Assembly (NCBI GenBank): GCA_035395685.1
Contig: DAOPBR010000007.1
Span: 918 to 64,917, forward strand
Source of the DNA: Spirochaetota bacterium
Lineage (GTDB): Bacteria; Spirochaetota; UBA4802; JAFGJZ01
DNA: 64,000 nucleotides
Reading direction: 5' to 3'
Part shown: piece after piece, positions 45,860 through 56,080 of the stretch
Numbering within the stretch: the stretch's first letter is position 1
How the letters are laid out: every line of letters begins with the position of its first letter
Notes under the pieces: generated by a model
What the model saw: only the letters and a program-made list of their open reading frames with translations
What the model was told of the DNA's origin: nothing
The model's database searches: none
Translations under genes and position numbers: made by a program

Positions 45860-48004
45860 ATGAAACAGTCGGAATTTATCATTACAGGAATGAGTTGTGC
45901 AGCATGCAGCGGACGCGTTGATAAAAAAATCTGTTCGCTTCCGGGGGTGCAAAGCGCAAACGTGAATCTGGCAACAAACAAAGTTATGGTAACATATAAC
46001 GAAGAGACTGTCAGAGTTGATGATATAATTTCGGCTGTACGCTCCATCGGATTCGGCGCGGAGGAATTTCAGGAGAATACCGCCGAGAAATCAAGACTTG
46101 ACGAGTTAAAGTCGCATAGACTTTCCTTCATAGTCTCCGGCATACTTTCCTTTCCGCTTCTGGTTTCAATGATTCTTATGCTATTCAAAACCGGACCCGA
46201 TTTCCTTCACAATCCGGTTTTTCAGTTCATTTTGGCAACTCCGGTTCAGTTTATCATCGGCGCCAGATTCTATAAAAAAAGTTTCATAACATTAAAAAGT
46301 CTTTCTCCCGGCATGGACATTCTCGTCGCGCTGGGAACGAGTGCTGCGTATTTTTACAGCGCTTTTAACACCTTTATACGTCCGGATCATTTCCATATAT
46401 ATTATGAAGCCGGAGCAGTAATAATAACCCTTGTTATACTCGGAAAATATCTCGAATCACGCGCTAAATACAAAACATCATCTTCAATCAGAAAATTAAT
46501 TGATCTTAAACCGAAAACTGCCCGCGTTATACGGGAAGGAAAAGAATATGAAATAAACAGCTCCGAGATAATTATCGGGGATGAAATCATTGTACGACCA
46601 GGAGAAAAGTTTCCTTCGGACGGAACGGTAATCGGCGGTGAAAGCTCCGTTGACGAAAGCATGATTACCGGCGAAGGAATACCCGTTTATAAAAATGCCG
46701 GAATGAAAGTCCTCAGCGGATGTATAAATATCGACGGTGTAATACATTTCCGTTCTGAAAAAAACGGCAAGGATACACTTCTTGCCCAGATTATTTCAAT
46801 CGTTGAAAAAGCCCAGAACTCGAAAGCACCGGTGCAGGATCTCGCAAACAGAATTGCCGGAATTTTCGCGCCTTCAATAATCATAATATCAATAATAACG
46901 TTTTTTGCATGGTTTTTAATTACTGGTGACTTATCAAACGCAATTATCAATTCAGTAGCCGTTCTTGTAATAGCCTGCCCATGCGCTCTTGGACTCGCGA
47001 CTCCGACAGCCATAATGGTCGGAACAGGAATAGGAGCTGAAAGAGGAATATTAATACGCGACGCGGAAGCACTGGAACGCGGTGAACAGATCAACGCTGT
47101 AGTTCTTGATAAAACAGGAACCATAACTGAAGGCAAGCCTTCCCTTTCATCGGTAGTCAGCATTAATGAAACTCCGGTATCTGATCTGGAATTGATACGA
47201 AAATGCGCATCCCGTTCGGAACATCCTTTATCGAAAGCTGTTTCTATACCTATCGAAGATATGTTAATTGATTCTTTCACATCTTTTCCCGGAAGGGGAT
47301 TCAAAGCAGTTAAATCCGGAAAGAGTGTCATTCTTGGAAGCATGCGCTTTTTGGAATCAGAGGGAATCGATACCGGCATATTTGAAAATCATATAAATGC
47401 TTACAGAGGTTCTTCCATCGTTGCAGCAGCGATTAACAATAAACCTGCCGCATTGTTTATACTAAACGATAGGATTCGCCCAGAATCGGTTGAAGCTGTT
47501 AAAGTCCTTCAAGAAAGATCAATAGAAGTATACATAGTCAGCGGAGATTCACGTGAAGCCGTATTGGCTGCCGCTGACAGCCTTGGCATTCTCCGCGACA
47601 ATGCAGTCTTTGAGGCGCTTCCGTCCCGGAAATCTGATTTCGTAACGTCACTTAAAGACAATGGCAAAAAGGTTCTTTTCGCAGGCGACGGAATTAACGA
47701 CGCTCCCGCGCTGGCAACATCTGATCTTGGAACTGCACTGGGAAGCGGAACTGACATAGCTATTGATTCGGCACACATAGCCCTTATCCGTCCGGATCTG
47801 CGGGCAATAATAACCGCGCTGGATCTGTCAAAGGCAACAATGAAAAAGATCCGCCGTAATCTTTTTTGGGCTTTTTTTTACAATTCATGCGGAATTCCGA
47901 TTGCGGCAATGGGATTTCTGAATCCTGTAATAGCCGGAGCCGCTATGGCGCTTAGTTCGGTATCAGTTGTTATGAATTCATTGTCTCTAAAAAGATTCAA
48001 GTGA
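45860..48004 (+). CDS. copA: Copper-translocating P1B-type ATPase with N-terminal HMA domain
   Basis: GMSCAACSGRV, CPC (ACPCALGLATP), DKTGT and GDGINDAP motifs. Confidence 0.95.
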   Translation: MKQSEFIITGMSCAACSGRVDKKICSLPGVQSANVNLATNKVMVTYNEETVRVDDIISAVRSIGFGAEEFQENTAEKSRLDELKSHRLSFIVSGILSFPLLVSMILMLFKTGPDFLHNPVFQFILATPVQFIIGARFYKKSFITLKSLSPGMDILVALGTSAAYFYSAFNTFIRPDHFHIYYEAGAVIITLVILGKYLESRAKYKTSSSIRKLIDLKPKTARVIREGKEYEINSSEIIIGDEIIVRPGEKFPSDGTVIGGESSVDESMITGEGIPVYKNAGMKVLSGCINIDGVIHFRSEKNGKDTLLAQIISIVEKAQNSKAPVQDLANRIAGIFAPSIIIISIITFFAWFLITGDLSNAIINSVAVLVIACPCALGLATPTAIMVGTGIGAERGILIRDAEALERGEQINAVVLDKTGTITEGKPSLSSVVSINETPVSDLELIRKCASRSEHPLSKAVSIPIEDMLIDSFTSFPGRGFKAVKSGKSVILGSMRFLESEGIDTGIFENHINAYRGSSIVAAAINNKPAALFILNDRIRPESVEAVKVLQERSIEVYIVSGDSREAVLAAADSLGILRDNAVFEALPSRKSDFVTSLKDNGKKVLFAGDGINDAPALATSDLGTALGSGTDIAIDSAHIALIRPDLRAIITALDLSKATMKKIRRNLFWAFFYNSCGIPIAAMGFLNPVIAGAAMALSSVSVVMNSLSLKRFK

Positions 48005-48013
48005 AATATGGAA

Positions 48014-48050
48014 ATCAGCTGAAGAACTTTTAAATCGCTCTTCAGCTGAT
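48014..48050 (+). terminator. 12-bp hairpin after copA (terminator-like, weak U-tract)
   Basis: ATCAGCTGAAGA-(13 nt)-TCTTCAGCTGAT. Confidence 0.35.
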
Positions 48051-48415
48051 ACTCCTCTTAATCTCAAATATTGCCGGCATTATTTAATCAGCACTGCAGC
48101 ATGAATACAAAGTAATGTTGCTAACTCGCTTTTTTTATTCCTTCTTATTCATAATATTTTTCAGAAAATACACAGATCGATGATTCAGAGTAAACTTAAT
48201 ATATTTAGTTCCGCTTATCCGGAAAATGTTATTATTTAACCTGAAAACAGCATTTTGATTTCAAAAACATCATATTAGTCTATTTTGTATATCATTTTCG
48301 GTCATTATTTAACATCCAGTTATTAATAGACCGTTTGTTTTTCTTGCTTAAAAACACTTAAAACGAAAAATGAGTTATACTGAAGGGTGAAACAAGATTC
48401 GGCGAAGGAGGCAAT

Positions 48416-48781
48416 ATGAAACTTTTAATTGTTGATGACTCTAACATAATGCGGCGTGCAATAGAAAAATACTTAAGCGCCTTCAATCTCGAAATTGTCG
48501 GAAATGCCGGAGACGGAGAGAGTGCACTTGCAATTTTTTCCGAAACTCTGCCTGACATTGTAACACTGGATATAACAATGCCGCGCATGGACGGGCTGTC
48601 ATGCCTCGATAAGATAATGCAGATAAAACCCGACACCAAGGTAATAGTAATAAGCGCTCTCAAAGATCCCGCTACGGGCATTCAGGCTATAAAAAAAGGC
48701 GCGAGAGGATTTCTTTCAAAGCCGTTTTCACAGGAAGAGATTATAGAAGAAATGAAAGCATGCCTTGAAGATTCCGAATAA
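48416..48781 (+). CDS. CheY-like single-domain response regulator
   Basis: REC pattern (LIVDDS … DITMPRMDG … SALKD). GGAGG ribosome-binding site. Confidence 0.85.
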   Translation: MKLLIVDDSNIMRRAIEKYLSAFNLEIVGNAGDGESALAIFSETLPDIVTLDITMPRMDGLSCLDKIMQIKPDTKVIVISALKDPATGIQAIKKGARGFLSKPFSQEEIIEEMKACLEDSE

Positions 48782-48792
48782 GGAGAAATAAA

Positions 48793-49239
48793 ATGACTGA
48801 ACTTGAAATCAAAGGATTCATAAAAGTTTTAACCGATTACTTCTTAAGCGTTACAGGATCTCCGGCCAACATGGGAGTTCCTTTTATAAAAGAAAACAGC
48901 ACTGAAGTTTTCGATTACGTCGCTGTCATAGGAATTTCCGGCTCGCGAAAAGGCGGAGTATATTTTACTGCAAACAGACCGCTGCTCGAAGAAATCGCCC
49001 GTCATATTTTAGGCGAAACCGGTCTTGATGATGCAACGCTTTATGATCTAATCGGAGAAATGACAAACACAATATCCGGAAACATGAGAGAACTTTTCGG
49101 AAGCACCTTTCTGATATCCGTTCCCATAATTCTCAAAGGCAATATTGACGAAGTTGTGCTCAGGCTCAAGCCGCCTGTATACGTTATTCCAATAGAATGG
49201 AACGGACACAAATCGCATTTGGCAATAGGACTGGAATAA
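48793..49239 (+). CDS. CheX/CheC-family phosphatase-like protein
   Basis: GEMTNTISGN E-x2-N motif. About 148 aa. Confidence 0.55.
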   Translation: MTELEIKGFIKVLTDYFLSVTGSPANMGVPFIKENSTEVFDYVAVIGISGSRKGGVYFTANRPLLEEIARHILGETGLDDATLYDLIGEMTNTISGNMRELFGSTFLISVPIILKGNIDEVVLRLKPPVYVIPIEWNGHKSHLAIGLE

Positions 49240-49240
49240 A

Positions 49241-51970
49241 ATGGAAAAGAGCACCATTGACATACTGTGGATCATCATCGCTTCGACCCTTGTTTTCATT
49301 ATGCAGGCGGGCTTTGCGATGGTTGAATCGGGACTAACCCGTTCAAAGAACAGCATCAATGTAGCTATCAAAAACCTTACCGACCTCGGAATATCGACTC
49401 TGTGTTTCTGGGCATGCGGATTCGCAATGATGTTCGGCGCATCAGCTTACGGTTTTATCGGCAGTGACAATTTTCTGTTTCATCCAGTAAGCATATGGGG
49501 CGCAGTCTTCTTTCTATTTCAGGTAATGTTCTGCAGTACATCCGCAACAATTGTTTCCGGAGCTGTCGCCGAAAGAATGAAATATTCATCATACATAATT
49601 TCAACCGCTCTGCTTTCGGTTATCATATATCCCATATTCGGTCACTGGGCATGGGGCGGTTTTATGGAGGGCGTACCAAGCGGCTTTCTCGGAAAACTCG
49701 GCTTCATTGACTTCGCGGGCTCAACAGTCGTTCATTCCGTCGGAGGCTGGGTCTCTCTCGCAGTACTTTTGATCATAGGTCCGAGAAGCGGAAAATTTGC
49801 AGAAGACGGAACATCCCGCCAGATAAACGGGAGCAATATTCCCATAACAGTACTTGGTGTAATGATACTCTGGTTCGGCTGGTTCGGATTCAACGGCGGA
49901 AGCACTCTCGCCATGAATGAAACAGTTCCTTCAATAATTCTCAACACTACTCTTGCCGCATCAGCAGGAATGATCGGATCGCTTATGGTCGGTTGGCCGA
50001 TACTTAAAAAACCCGACATACTTCTTGTTCTAAACGGTTCGCTTGCCGGTCTTGTTGCAATAACTGCATCATGTTTCGCAGTAACTGAAATTGAATCGGT
50101 CATAATCGGATTTGTCGGAGGCGCCGTAATGCTCGCCGCGACAGTCATCCTTGAAAAACTTAAGATTGATGACGCGGTCGGAGCAATTCCAGTGCATCTT
50201 GTTGCGGGCATATGGGGAACAATTGCCGTTGCTGTTTTCGGCGATCCCGCGATATTAAATACCGGTCTAGGATTCATAGGTCAGCTCAAGATTCAGTTAA
50301 TAGGAATTGCTTCATGCGGAATTTGGTCTTTCGGCGTTGCTTTTTCGGTGCTGTTTATAGTTAATAAAATATCACCTCTAAGAGTTTCAAAAGAAGACGA
50401 ACATACGGGATTAAACAAAACCGAGCACGGTGTTACAACTGAAATATTTGAATTATTTTCCGTACTCGAAGCACAGTCAAGAACAGGCGATCTTTCTCTT
50501 CGCGCACCGGAAGAACCCTTCACTGAAATCGGCCAGATTGCAAAAATGTATAATTCTGTAATGAGAAAACTCGAATCCGGTACTGTCGAAAAGGGAGAAT
50601 ATCTTAATATTCTTGATAATGTTTCCGATGGACTGATACTAATCGATAGAAGCGGAACAATTTCTCAGTATCATTCCGCTTCGATGAAGAATCTTTTTTC
50701 AACGGAATTAATTTCCGGAAAAAACTTTAAGGACTTGTTAAGCTCGCGCATTCCCGAAAACGTATTAGCTATACTTGATGAATTTCTTGAAATCGCGTTC
50801 GACAAAAAGAAAAGCTTCCGTATTGTCGAGAAGATGAATCCGATTCCCGAAATAGAACTGTCTTTTGATAATTTGAACGGCGGTTTTAATGTTAAGTATT
50901 TTCAATTTATATTCAAGCGTATTGTTAAAAATTCCGAAGTATCAAGACTAATGATTGTAATACGCGATATAACAAGACAAAGAGAGCTTTCGCAGGAGGT
51001 TGAAGAAAACAGAAAGAGAACATCAGTTGAAATGGAACTCTTCTATAGAATTCTTCATGTGGAACCGGCATCAATGCGCGACTTTCTGACATCGGCTGAA
51101 ACTGATTTATCTGAAATCAATTCCGTGATGTCGGAATCACAAACAGAATATTATGAAAGACTAAATGAAATATTCAGACGCATTCATGCCGTAAAGGGTG
51201 ACGCCGACATGCTCGGCCTGGACTTTATTGCAGAAAAAGCGCAGATTATGGAAACGAATGTCGCTGAAGCATTAAGAAGCGAATCACCTTCAAATGAAAT
51301 ATTTCTATCGCTCGCTCTTAAGCTCGGGGAGATAAGGGAGTTGCTCTTTAAAATAGATTCTCTTATGAAAAAATGGAAGACCATGCATGCTGAAATTTCT
51401 GATGACAATAGATCATTTCTTCCAAGAGCACTTTCAGATCTTGCCGCACGGCTTTGCGAACGACATAAAAAAAGCGTCAAAGTAGAATTTGATTCCGGGA
51501 ATACTGAGGAAATTCCATCCGCCGTATTCAAACACGTGAAGGATATTCTTGTTCAGCTTGTCAGAAATTCTGTTTATCATGGAATAGAAAATCCCGAAGA
51601 AAGAAAGAAACTCAACAAAGACTCAAGCGGAAAAATAGCGATTAAAACGCATAAGGAAAACGGAAAACTTATTATAAAATATAAAGACGACGGCTCGGGT
51701 CTAGACAGCGATAAAATAAAACAAACGGCATTGGCTAAAAAGCTAATTACCGAAGATGATTCTTCCGCTTTAACGGAAAAAGACATATTCGCTCTGGTTT
51801 TCAGACCTGATTTCTCAACATCAGATTCTGTAAACAAAACCGCCGGGCGCGGAGTCGGAATGAATCTTGTAAAAACTCTCATAACCGGGCTAAAAGGCAA
51901 AATCGCACTTAGATCAAAAAGAGGCGAATCGCTTGAATTCGAAATTCATATTCCAATCGAGGCAAAATGA
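49241..51970 (+). CDS. Ammonium transporter (Amt) fused to PAS, Hpt (CheA-P1-like) and CheA-P4-like ATPase domains
   Basis: Amt signature DFAGSTVVHSVGGW and 11 TM helices. HAVKGDADMLG Hpt. LVRNSVYHGIE…DDGSGLD…GRGVGMNLV CheA-type catalytic domain. No P5/CheW-like domain. Confidence 0.7.
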   Translation: MEKSTIDILWIIIASTLVFIMQAGFAMVESGLTRSKNSINVAIKNLTDLGISTLCFWACGFAMMFGASAYGFIGSDNFLFHPVSIWGAVFFLFQVMFCSTSATIVSGAVAERMKYSSYIISTALLSVIIYPIFGHWAWGGFMEGVPSGFLGKLGFIDFAGSTVVHSVGGWVSLAVLLIIGPRSGKFAEDGTSRQINGSNIPITVLGVMILWFGWFGFNGGSTLAMNETVPSIILNTTLAASAGMIGSLMVGWPILKKPDILLVLNGSLAGLVAITASCFAVTEIESVIIGFVGGAVMLAATVILEKLKIDDAVGAIPVHLVAGIWGTIAVAVFGDPAILNTGLGFIGQLKIQLIGIASCGIWSFGVAFSVLFIVNKISPLRVSKEDEHTGLNKTEHGVTTEIFELFSVLEAQSRTGDLSLRAPEEPFTEIGQIAKMYNSVMRKLESGTVEKGEYLNILDNVSDGLILIDRSGTISQYHSASMKNLFSTELISGKNFKDLLSSRIPENVLAILDEFLEIAFDKKKSFRIVEKMNPIPEIELSFDNLNGGFNVKYFQFIFKRIVKNSEVSRLMIVIRDITRQRELSQEVEENRKRTSVEMELFYRILHVEPASMRDFLTSAETDLSEINSVMSESQTEYYERLNEIFRRIHAVKGDADMLGLDFIAEKAQIMETNVAEALRSESPSNEIFLSLALKLGEIRELLFKIDSLMKKWKTMHAEISDDNRSFLPRALSDLAARLCERHKKSVKVEFDSGNTEEIPSAVFKHVKDILVQLVRNSVYHGIENPEERKKLNKDSSGKIAIKTHKENGKLIIKYKDDGSGLDSDKIKQTALAKKLITEDDSSALTEKDIFALVFRPDFSTSDSVNKTAGRGVGMNLVKTLITGLKGKIALRSKRGESLEFEIHIPIEAK

Positions 51971-53064
51971 AAGGAGTAAATCTAAACTGCGAAACTAATT
52001 GTCGCTTTTTCAAGTTTTACAAAAATTCGAGAGAAGCTATGTTCATCACGAATATCGACGGAACTTATTTCGATGTAAATAAAAGCATGGAAAAACTTCT
52101 CGGCTATTCACGTGATGAATTCCTTTCAATGAAAGCCGCCGATACTTACTTTGACCAGTCCGAACGCTCGGCTTACAGAAGCATGATTGAAAAAGACGGA
52201 GTGGTTCACAATTATCCTATAACACTCAAGCGCAAAGATACCTCGCCTCTTCCCTGCCTAATAGATGCAGTAACATGGGAAGAAGACGGAGTTCTCAAAG
52301 GATATCACGGCATAATAAAAACCCGTGATGACGTAATGGATTCATTTCAGAATCTTTTTCTGAAATTAAAAAATGAAGAAGAAAAGCTGAAAAATGAAAG
52401 ACGTAATCTCGCAAACGACGCCAAACTTCTGATGCAGTATGTTTCGGATGATCTGATACGCCACATTCAGGACACGGGAGAGAATCCGCTTTCAAGCACA
52501 AAGAAAAAAGGAACGATGATGTTCTTTGATATCAGAAATTCTACCGCAATAGCCGGGAAACTTCAGCCTGATGTTTTCGCGTCATTGCTTTCGGATATTT
52601 TTACTGACACGATGGATCTCATATACGGCAACAGCGGCTCAGTTAATAAACTCGTCGGTGACGGATTTCTGGCGACTTTCGGATGCCCGGTTTCATGCGG
52701 AAATGATGCTGAAAATGCAGTCAGAAGCGCACTTCAGATAATGGAATATTTGAAAACATTCAACGATGTCAGACCTGATTATCTTGCAGAACCTATAAAA
52801 GCCGGAATAGGAATCGCGACCGGAACGGTTTTTTCGGGCGTTATAGGTTCGGTAAGACGGCAGGAATATACCGTTCTAGGAGATGCTGTAAACATTGCAA
52901 GCAGGCTTGAGTCATTTACAAAGAACGTCAATTTCAATATAATAATTGATGAAAACACATACCGTGAAACTTCTGAAATATGCAAGTGGGGAAAAATAGC
53001 AAACGTGATGCTGCGCGGCAAACCGGACGCGTTTACTCTGTACGGTTACAACAGCTTAGGGTAA
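51967..53064 (+). CDS. PAS-domain class III adenylate/guanylate cyclase
   Basis: MFFDIRNSTAI … VGDGFLATFG cyclase motifs. ATGA overlap with the upstream gene. Confidence 0.75.
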   Translation: MKGVNLNCETNCRFFKFYKNSREAMFITNIDGTYFDVNKSMEKLLGYSRDEFLSMKAADTYFDQSERSAYRSMIEKDGVVHNYPITLKRKDTSPLPCLIDAVTWEEDGVLKGYHGIIKTRDDVMDSFQNLFLKLKNEEEKLKNERRNLANDAKLLMQYVSDDLIRHIQDTGENPLSSTKKKGTMMFFDIRNSTAIAGKLQPDVFASLLSDIFTDTMDLIYGNSGSVNKLVGDGFLATFGCPVSCGNDAENAVRSALQIMEYLKTFNDVRPDYLAEPIKAGIGIATGTVFSGVIGSVRRQEYTVLGDAVNIASRLESFTKNVNFNIIIDENTYRETSEICKWGKIANVMLRGKPDAFTLYGYNSLG

Positions 53065-53163
53065 AACATCCTGATTAGTCAGTCTTTTCTTTGGCATAGG
53101 ATTTTCATCAGGATATTCCATCGAAAGTAATGAAGCCGCACTGATGTTATCTCCAATGATAAT

Positions 53164-54006
53164 TTAATAACTGATTTTACTTTTTAAAAATGTTCCATTA
53201 TCCAAATCTTCAAAAGCCTTAGCAAGCTCTTCTCTCGTATTCATTACAATGGGACCGCCCCATGCAACAGGTTCATTCAGACGTTTTGAACTTATCCACA
53301 AAATCTGACAAGGACTCCCAGCTGATTTAATAATAACATTATCGCCTTCAGATAATTTAACAGCAGTCTTTTCGCTGATGTAATCTTTCCCGACAACAGC
53401 ATCACCGGTCAGAGTAAAAACAGTCACAGACATTTCGGCTTCTGTATTAATTGAAATTGAACCTTCTGCTTCGAGATGGATATCATAATAGTCAAGCGGC
53501 AGATACTTGCTCATAAAACCTTTATGTTCTTTATACGAACCCGCGAGCAATCTAAGCATACCATTCGGTATTGGAATTTCCTGAATATCAGAATTTTTAA
53601 CTCGATGATATTCCGGAGGCGACATTTTATTCCTTGCCGGCATGTTAAGCCAAAGCTGAACGCCGAGAAGTCTTTCTGAAGCCGGCAGATTTTCTTCATG
53701 CAAAATTCCCGAACCTGCGGTCATCCACTGCACTTCACCGTCACCGATTGTATCTTCATTTCCGAGACTGTCCTTGTGAGACATTTTACCCTTGTAAACA
53801 TAGCTGATAGTTTCAATTCCGCGATGAGGATGCATTGGGAAACCGGCGATATAATCATTCGGATTAGTGCTGTCGAAGGAATCAAGAAGCAGAATCGGAT
53901 CATATTCATCAACTGTTGTATTTCCAAGAACTCTCACCAGATTAACTCCGGCTCCATCTACGGTTCTGAAACCTGTAATAGTATTCGATATTTTACGTTC
54001 CATCAC
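53164..54006 (-). CDS. Pirin-family cupin protein
   Basis: MHPHRGIETISYVYKG metal-binding motif. Confidence 0.85.
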   Translation of the reverse strand: MMERKISNTITGFRTVDGAGVNLVRVLGNTTVDEYDPILLLDSFDSTNPNDYIAGFPMHPHRGIETISYVYKGKMSHKDSLGNEDTIGDGEVQWMTAGSGILHEENLPASERLLGVQLWLNMPARNKMSPPEYHRVKNSDIQEIPIPNGMLRLLAGSYKEHKGFMSKYLPLDYYDIHLEAEGSISINTEAEMSVTVFTLTGDAVVGKDYISEKTAVKLSEGDNVIIKSAGSPCQILWISSKRLNEPVAWGGPIVMNTREELAKAFEDLDNGTFLKSKISY

Positions 54007-54239
54007 ACCGCCATTATATCAGATCTATTGGATCGAATAATACTATAACTCCAATTCCTTATAATTTCAATATTTCTTTTTTATTTCAGAATCAGAACTT
54101 CTTCGATAGAATAATATTTTTTAAAGTAAACAGCAAAGAGTCCTATTGTAAAATATGTTGAAAGTATTATTTCTATTAAATGTAACACCGTAGATACAAG
54201 GTTATCAGAAAACCAATCTTTAAGTTATATGGCTTCATG

Positions 54240-54289
54240 CAATAGTTCCTTAGTAGATTAACTATAATTCATCTACTAAGGAACTATTG
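54240..54289. repeat. Perfect 19-bp inverted repeat (CAATAGTTCCTTAGTAGAT … ATCTACTAAGGAACTATTG), 12-nt loop, overlapping lipoprotein stop codon
   Basis: Read directly from the sequence. Confidence 0.8.
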
Positions 54290-55083
54290 AAACTTTTGCC
54301 TTGTTTTTCATCATGTCGGTTGCAGGGTATTGAGTCGTAGATGCTGTTGGATCGACAGTATTTAAATATTTTGCATCTGTCTGAAGAACGCCTGCCGGTC
54401 TGCTGACACCGTCTATGGTAACTGCAGAATACGGAGTCCAGCCTGCAAAATCAAACTCAACTTCACCGCTTGCAGGAAAATTATCAAGATCAATAACTGC
54501 TTTATAAAGAATAGACGGCTGATCACTAAAATATTGATTAGCATCGAAGGAATGTTCTATCTCAAAATAAACCGTGAATTCTCGCAAATCACCGGATATA
54601 CTTTTGGTAACGGTAAATCCGCCCCTCCCCCGTGAAACATTTGCACCAATCGGAACAGCTATCTGCTTACCAACTTCATTTCCTGAATTCGCAGCCGGGA
54701 GATTGGGAGTCGCGGAAGTTACTGCGTCAATGCCCGCTGAAGGCAGAGATGCTTCCATTACAGTCTTTTTGTTTAAACGCCAATAAGCAAGAGATGAACC
54801 GATTTGTCCGAATGGATTTCTAGACCTTCCCGTAATCAGTATTGGAAGGATTGTATTATCAGTATTGCTTTCAAGCCAGATACAGTATATCTGAGAACCC
54901 GCCCACACAACACCTTCATTATAAGTTATTTTGATTACTGTGTCTTCCAATGGATTAGGATCTTTCGGTTCCGGATCATCACTCGAACCGCCGCCAGAAC
55001 CGCCGCAAGCCGGAAGCCGGAAGCAGAAGTCCCAAGACTAATGCGGTCATGAGACTACCGAATTTTGCTCTTTTGTTTTTCAT
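54276..55083 (-). pseudogene. Lipoprotein gene interrupted by +1 frameshift at a 7-bp tandem duplication (AAGCCGG x2)
   Basis: The ATG at 55083 gives MKNKRAKFGSLMTALVLGLLLPA…, then a stop after 34 aa. Removing one AAGCCGG copy restores LLLPACGGSGGGSSDDPEP… (lipobox + Gly/Ser linker), fused to the long ORF 54276..54950, whose ORF-track TTG start is artificial. Confidence 0.5.
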
Positions 55084-55417
55084 ATTTAATAATACCCTGG
55101 GAATTATCTTTTATTATCAATTTTGAATGTCAAGGATATTTAGTTCTATTAGTAATTCATATTAGCGGTTTAGCAAAAATTACAAATTAAATCCATATCT
55201 AAACATATATAATCGCAACCAAATTGCCGCATTACTGAAAACACTTTATTGCCGGACAATGTTTCGAAAATACATCGCATATTAAAATCCAGCCGATTAC
55301 ATGGTTTCAGAAGGATATAATCCCAGATGTTCACCTTTTACCGTATTCCAATATAATAAAAACATTGATATTGTAATTAACGAATAGACTATATCGGTGA
55401 TACAATCACGTAAGGAT

Positions 55418-56080
55418 TCAAAAACTAACATATGACAGACCCAAATTGAATTCGTGACCGACTGCATCGGTGCAGGAATTCTCTCTCATTTTCGAATAAC
55501 TGCCGTAGTAACTTAAAAATATCCCGAATCCAGAATATTCACCAATACGGAAATCATAACCCAACTTTATTCCAAGACCTGCACCGTACTTTGATGCACA
55601 ATTAATACGATCGCTGCCGTAAGTTGCATCATTAAAATACAACGCTTCAGACACATAAACATTTGTGTCCAGCAGATATGACAAAACTCCTATTCCGATT
55701 GATGAAGAATCATAAATAAGACGCAGTTGTCCTTCGTCATAGGATTTACCGTTTAATCTTGTATTATAAACCGGACATATCGAAAACCTTAAATCGGCAA
55801 ATGGAACTAGTGAACCTGAGAATGCATATCCGCAGGAAACAGCAAGCAAATATGATTTTCCTGAAATTATATATTTACCTTCATCAGACGAAACTGAACC
55901 TGACATAAAACCGTAACCGGCAGAAATCCGCAGATTGAATCCTTCAGGTTCGATTATCGGGCTGATGTCAGCAGTATTATCATAATTTAAAGTATCATTT
56001 TCTCCGGCAAAGAAAACACCCGGCAATAACAGCATCAATGTGAAGAAGATAATTTTCCCCCATAAAGGAAATAGACCCAT
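55418..56080 (-). CDS. Small outer-membrane beta-barrel protein
   Basis: Signal peptide; amphipathic strands; C-terminal …YVSF. Confidence 0.45.
   Translation of the reverse strand: MGLFPLWGKIIFFTLMLLLPGVFFAGENDTLNYDNTADISPIIEPEGFNLRISAGYGFMSGSVSSDEGKYIISGKSYLLAVSCGYAFSGSLVPFADLRFSICPVYNTRLNGKSYDEGQLRLIYDSSSIGIGVLSYLLDTNVYVSEALYFNDATYGSDRINCASKYGAGLGIKLGYDFRIGEYSGFGIFLSYYGSYSKMRENSCTDAVGHEFNLGLSYVSF

Noticed and set aside
46402-47778. Minus-strand ORFs (86-230 aa) inside copA
   Set aside because: Antisense to a confidently identified P-type ATPase; typical spurious ORFs.
49732-50523. Minus-strand ORFs inside the Amt domain gene
   Set aside because: Antisense to the ammonium transporter with intact signature motifs.
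54276-54950. ORF-track start (M from TTG) for the 224-aa ORF
   Set aside because: The TTG start is artificial. The upstream ATG at 55083 with a lipoprotein signal, plus the 7-bp duplication, explains the frame break.
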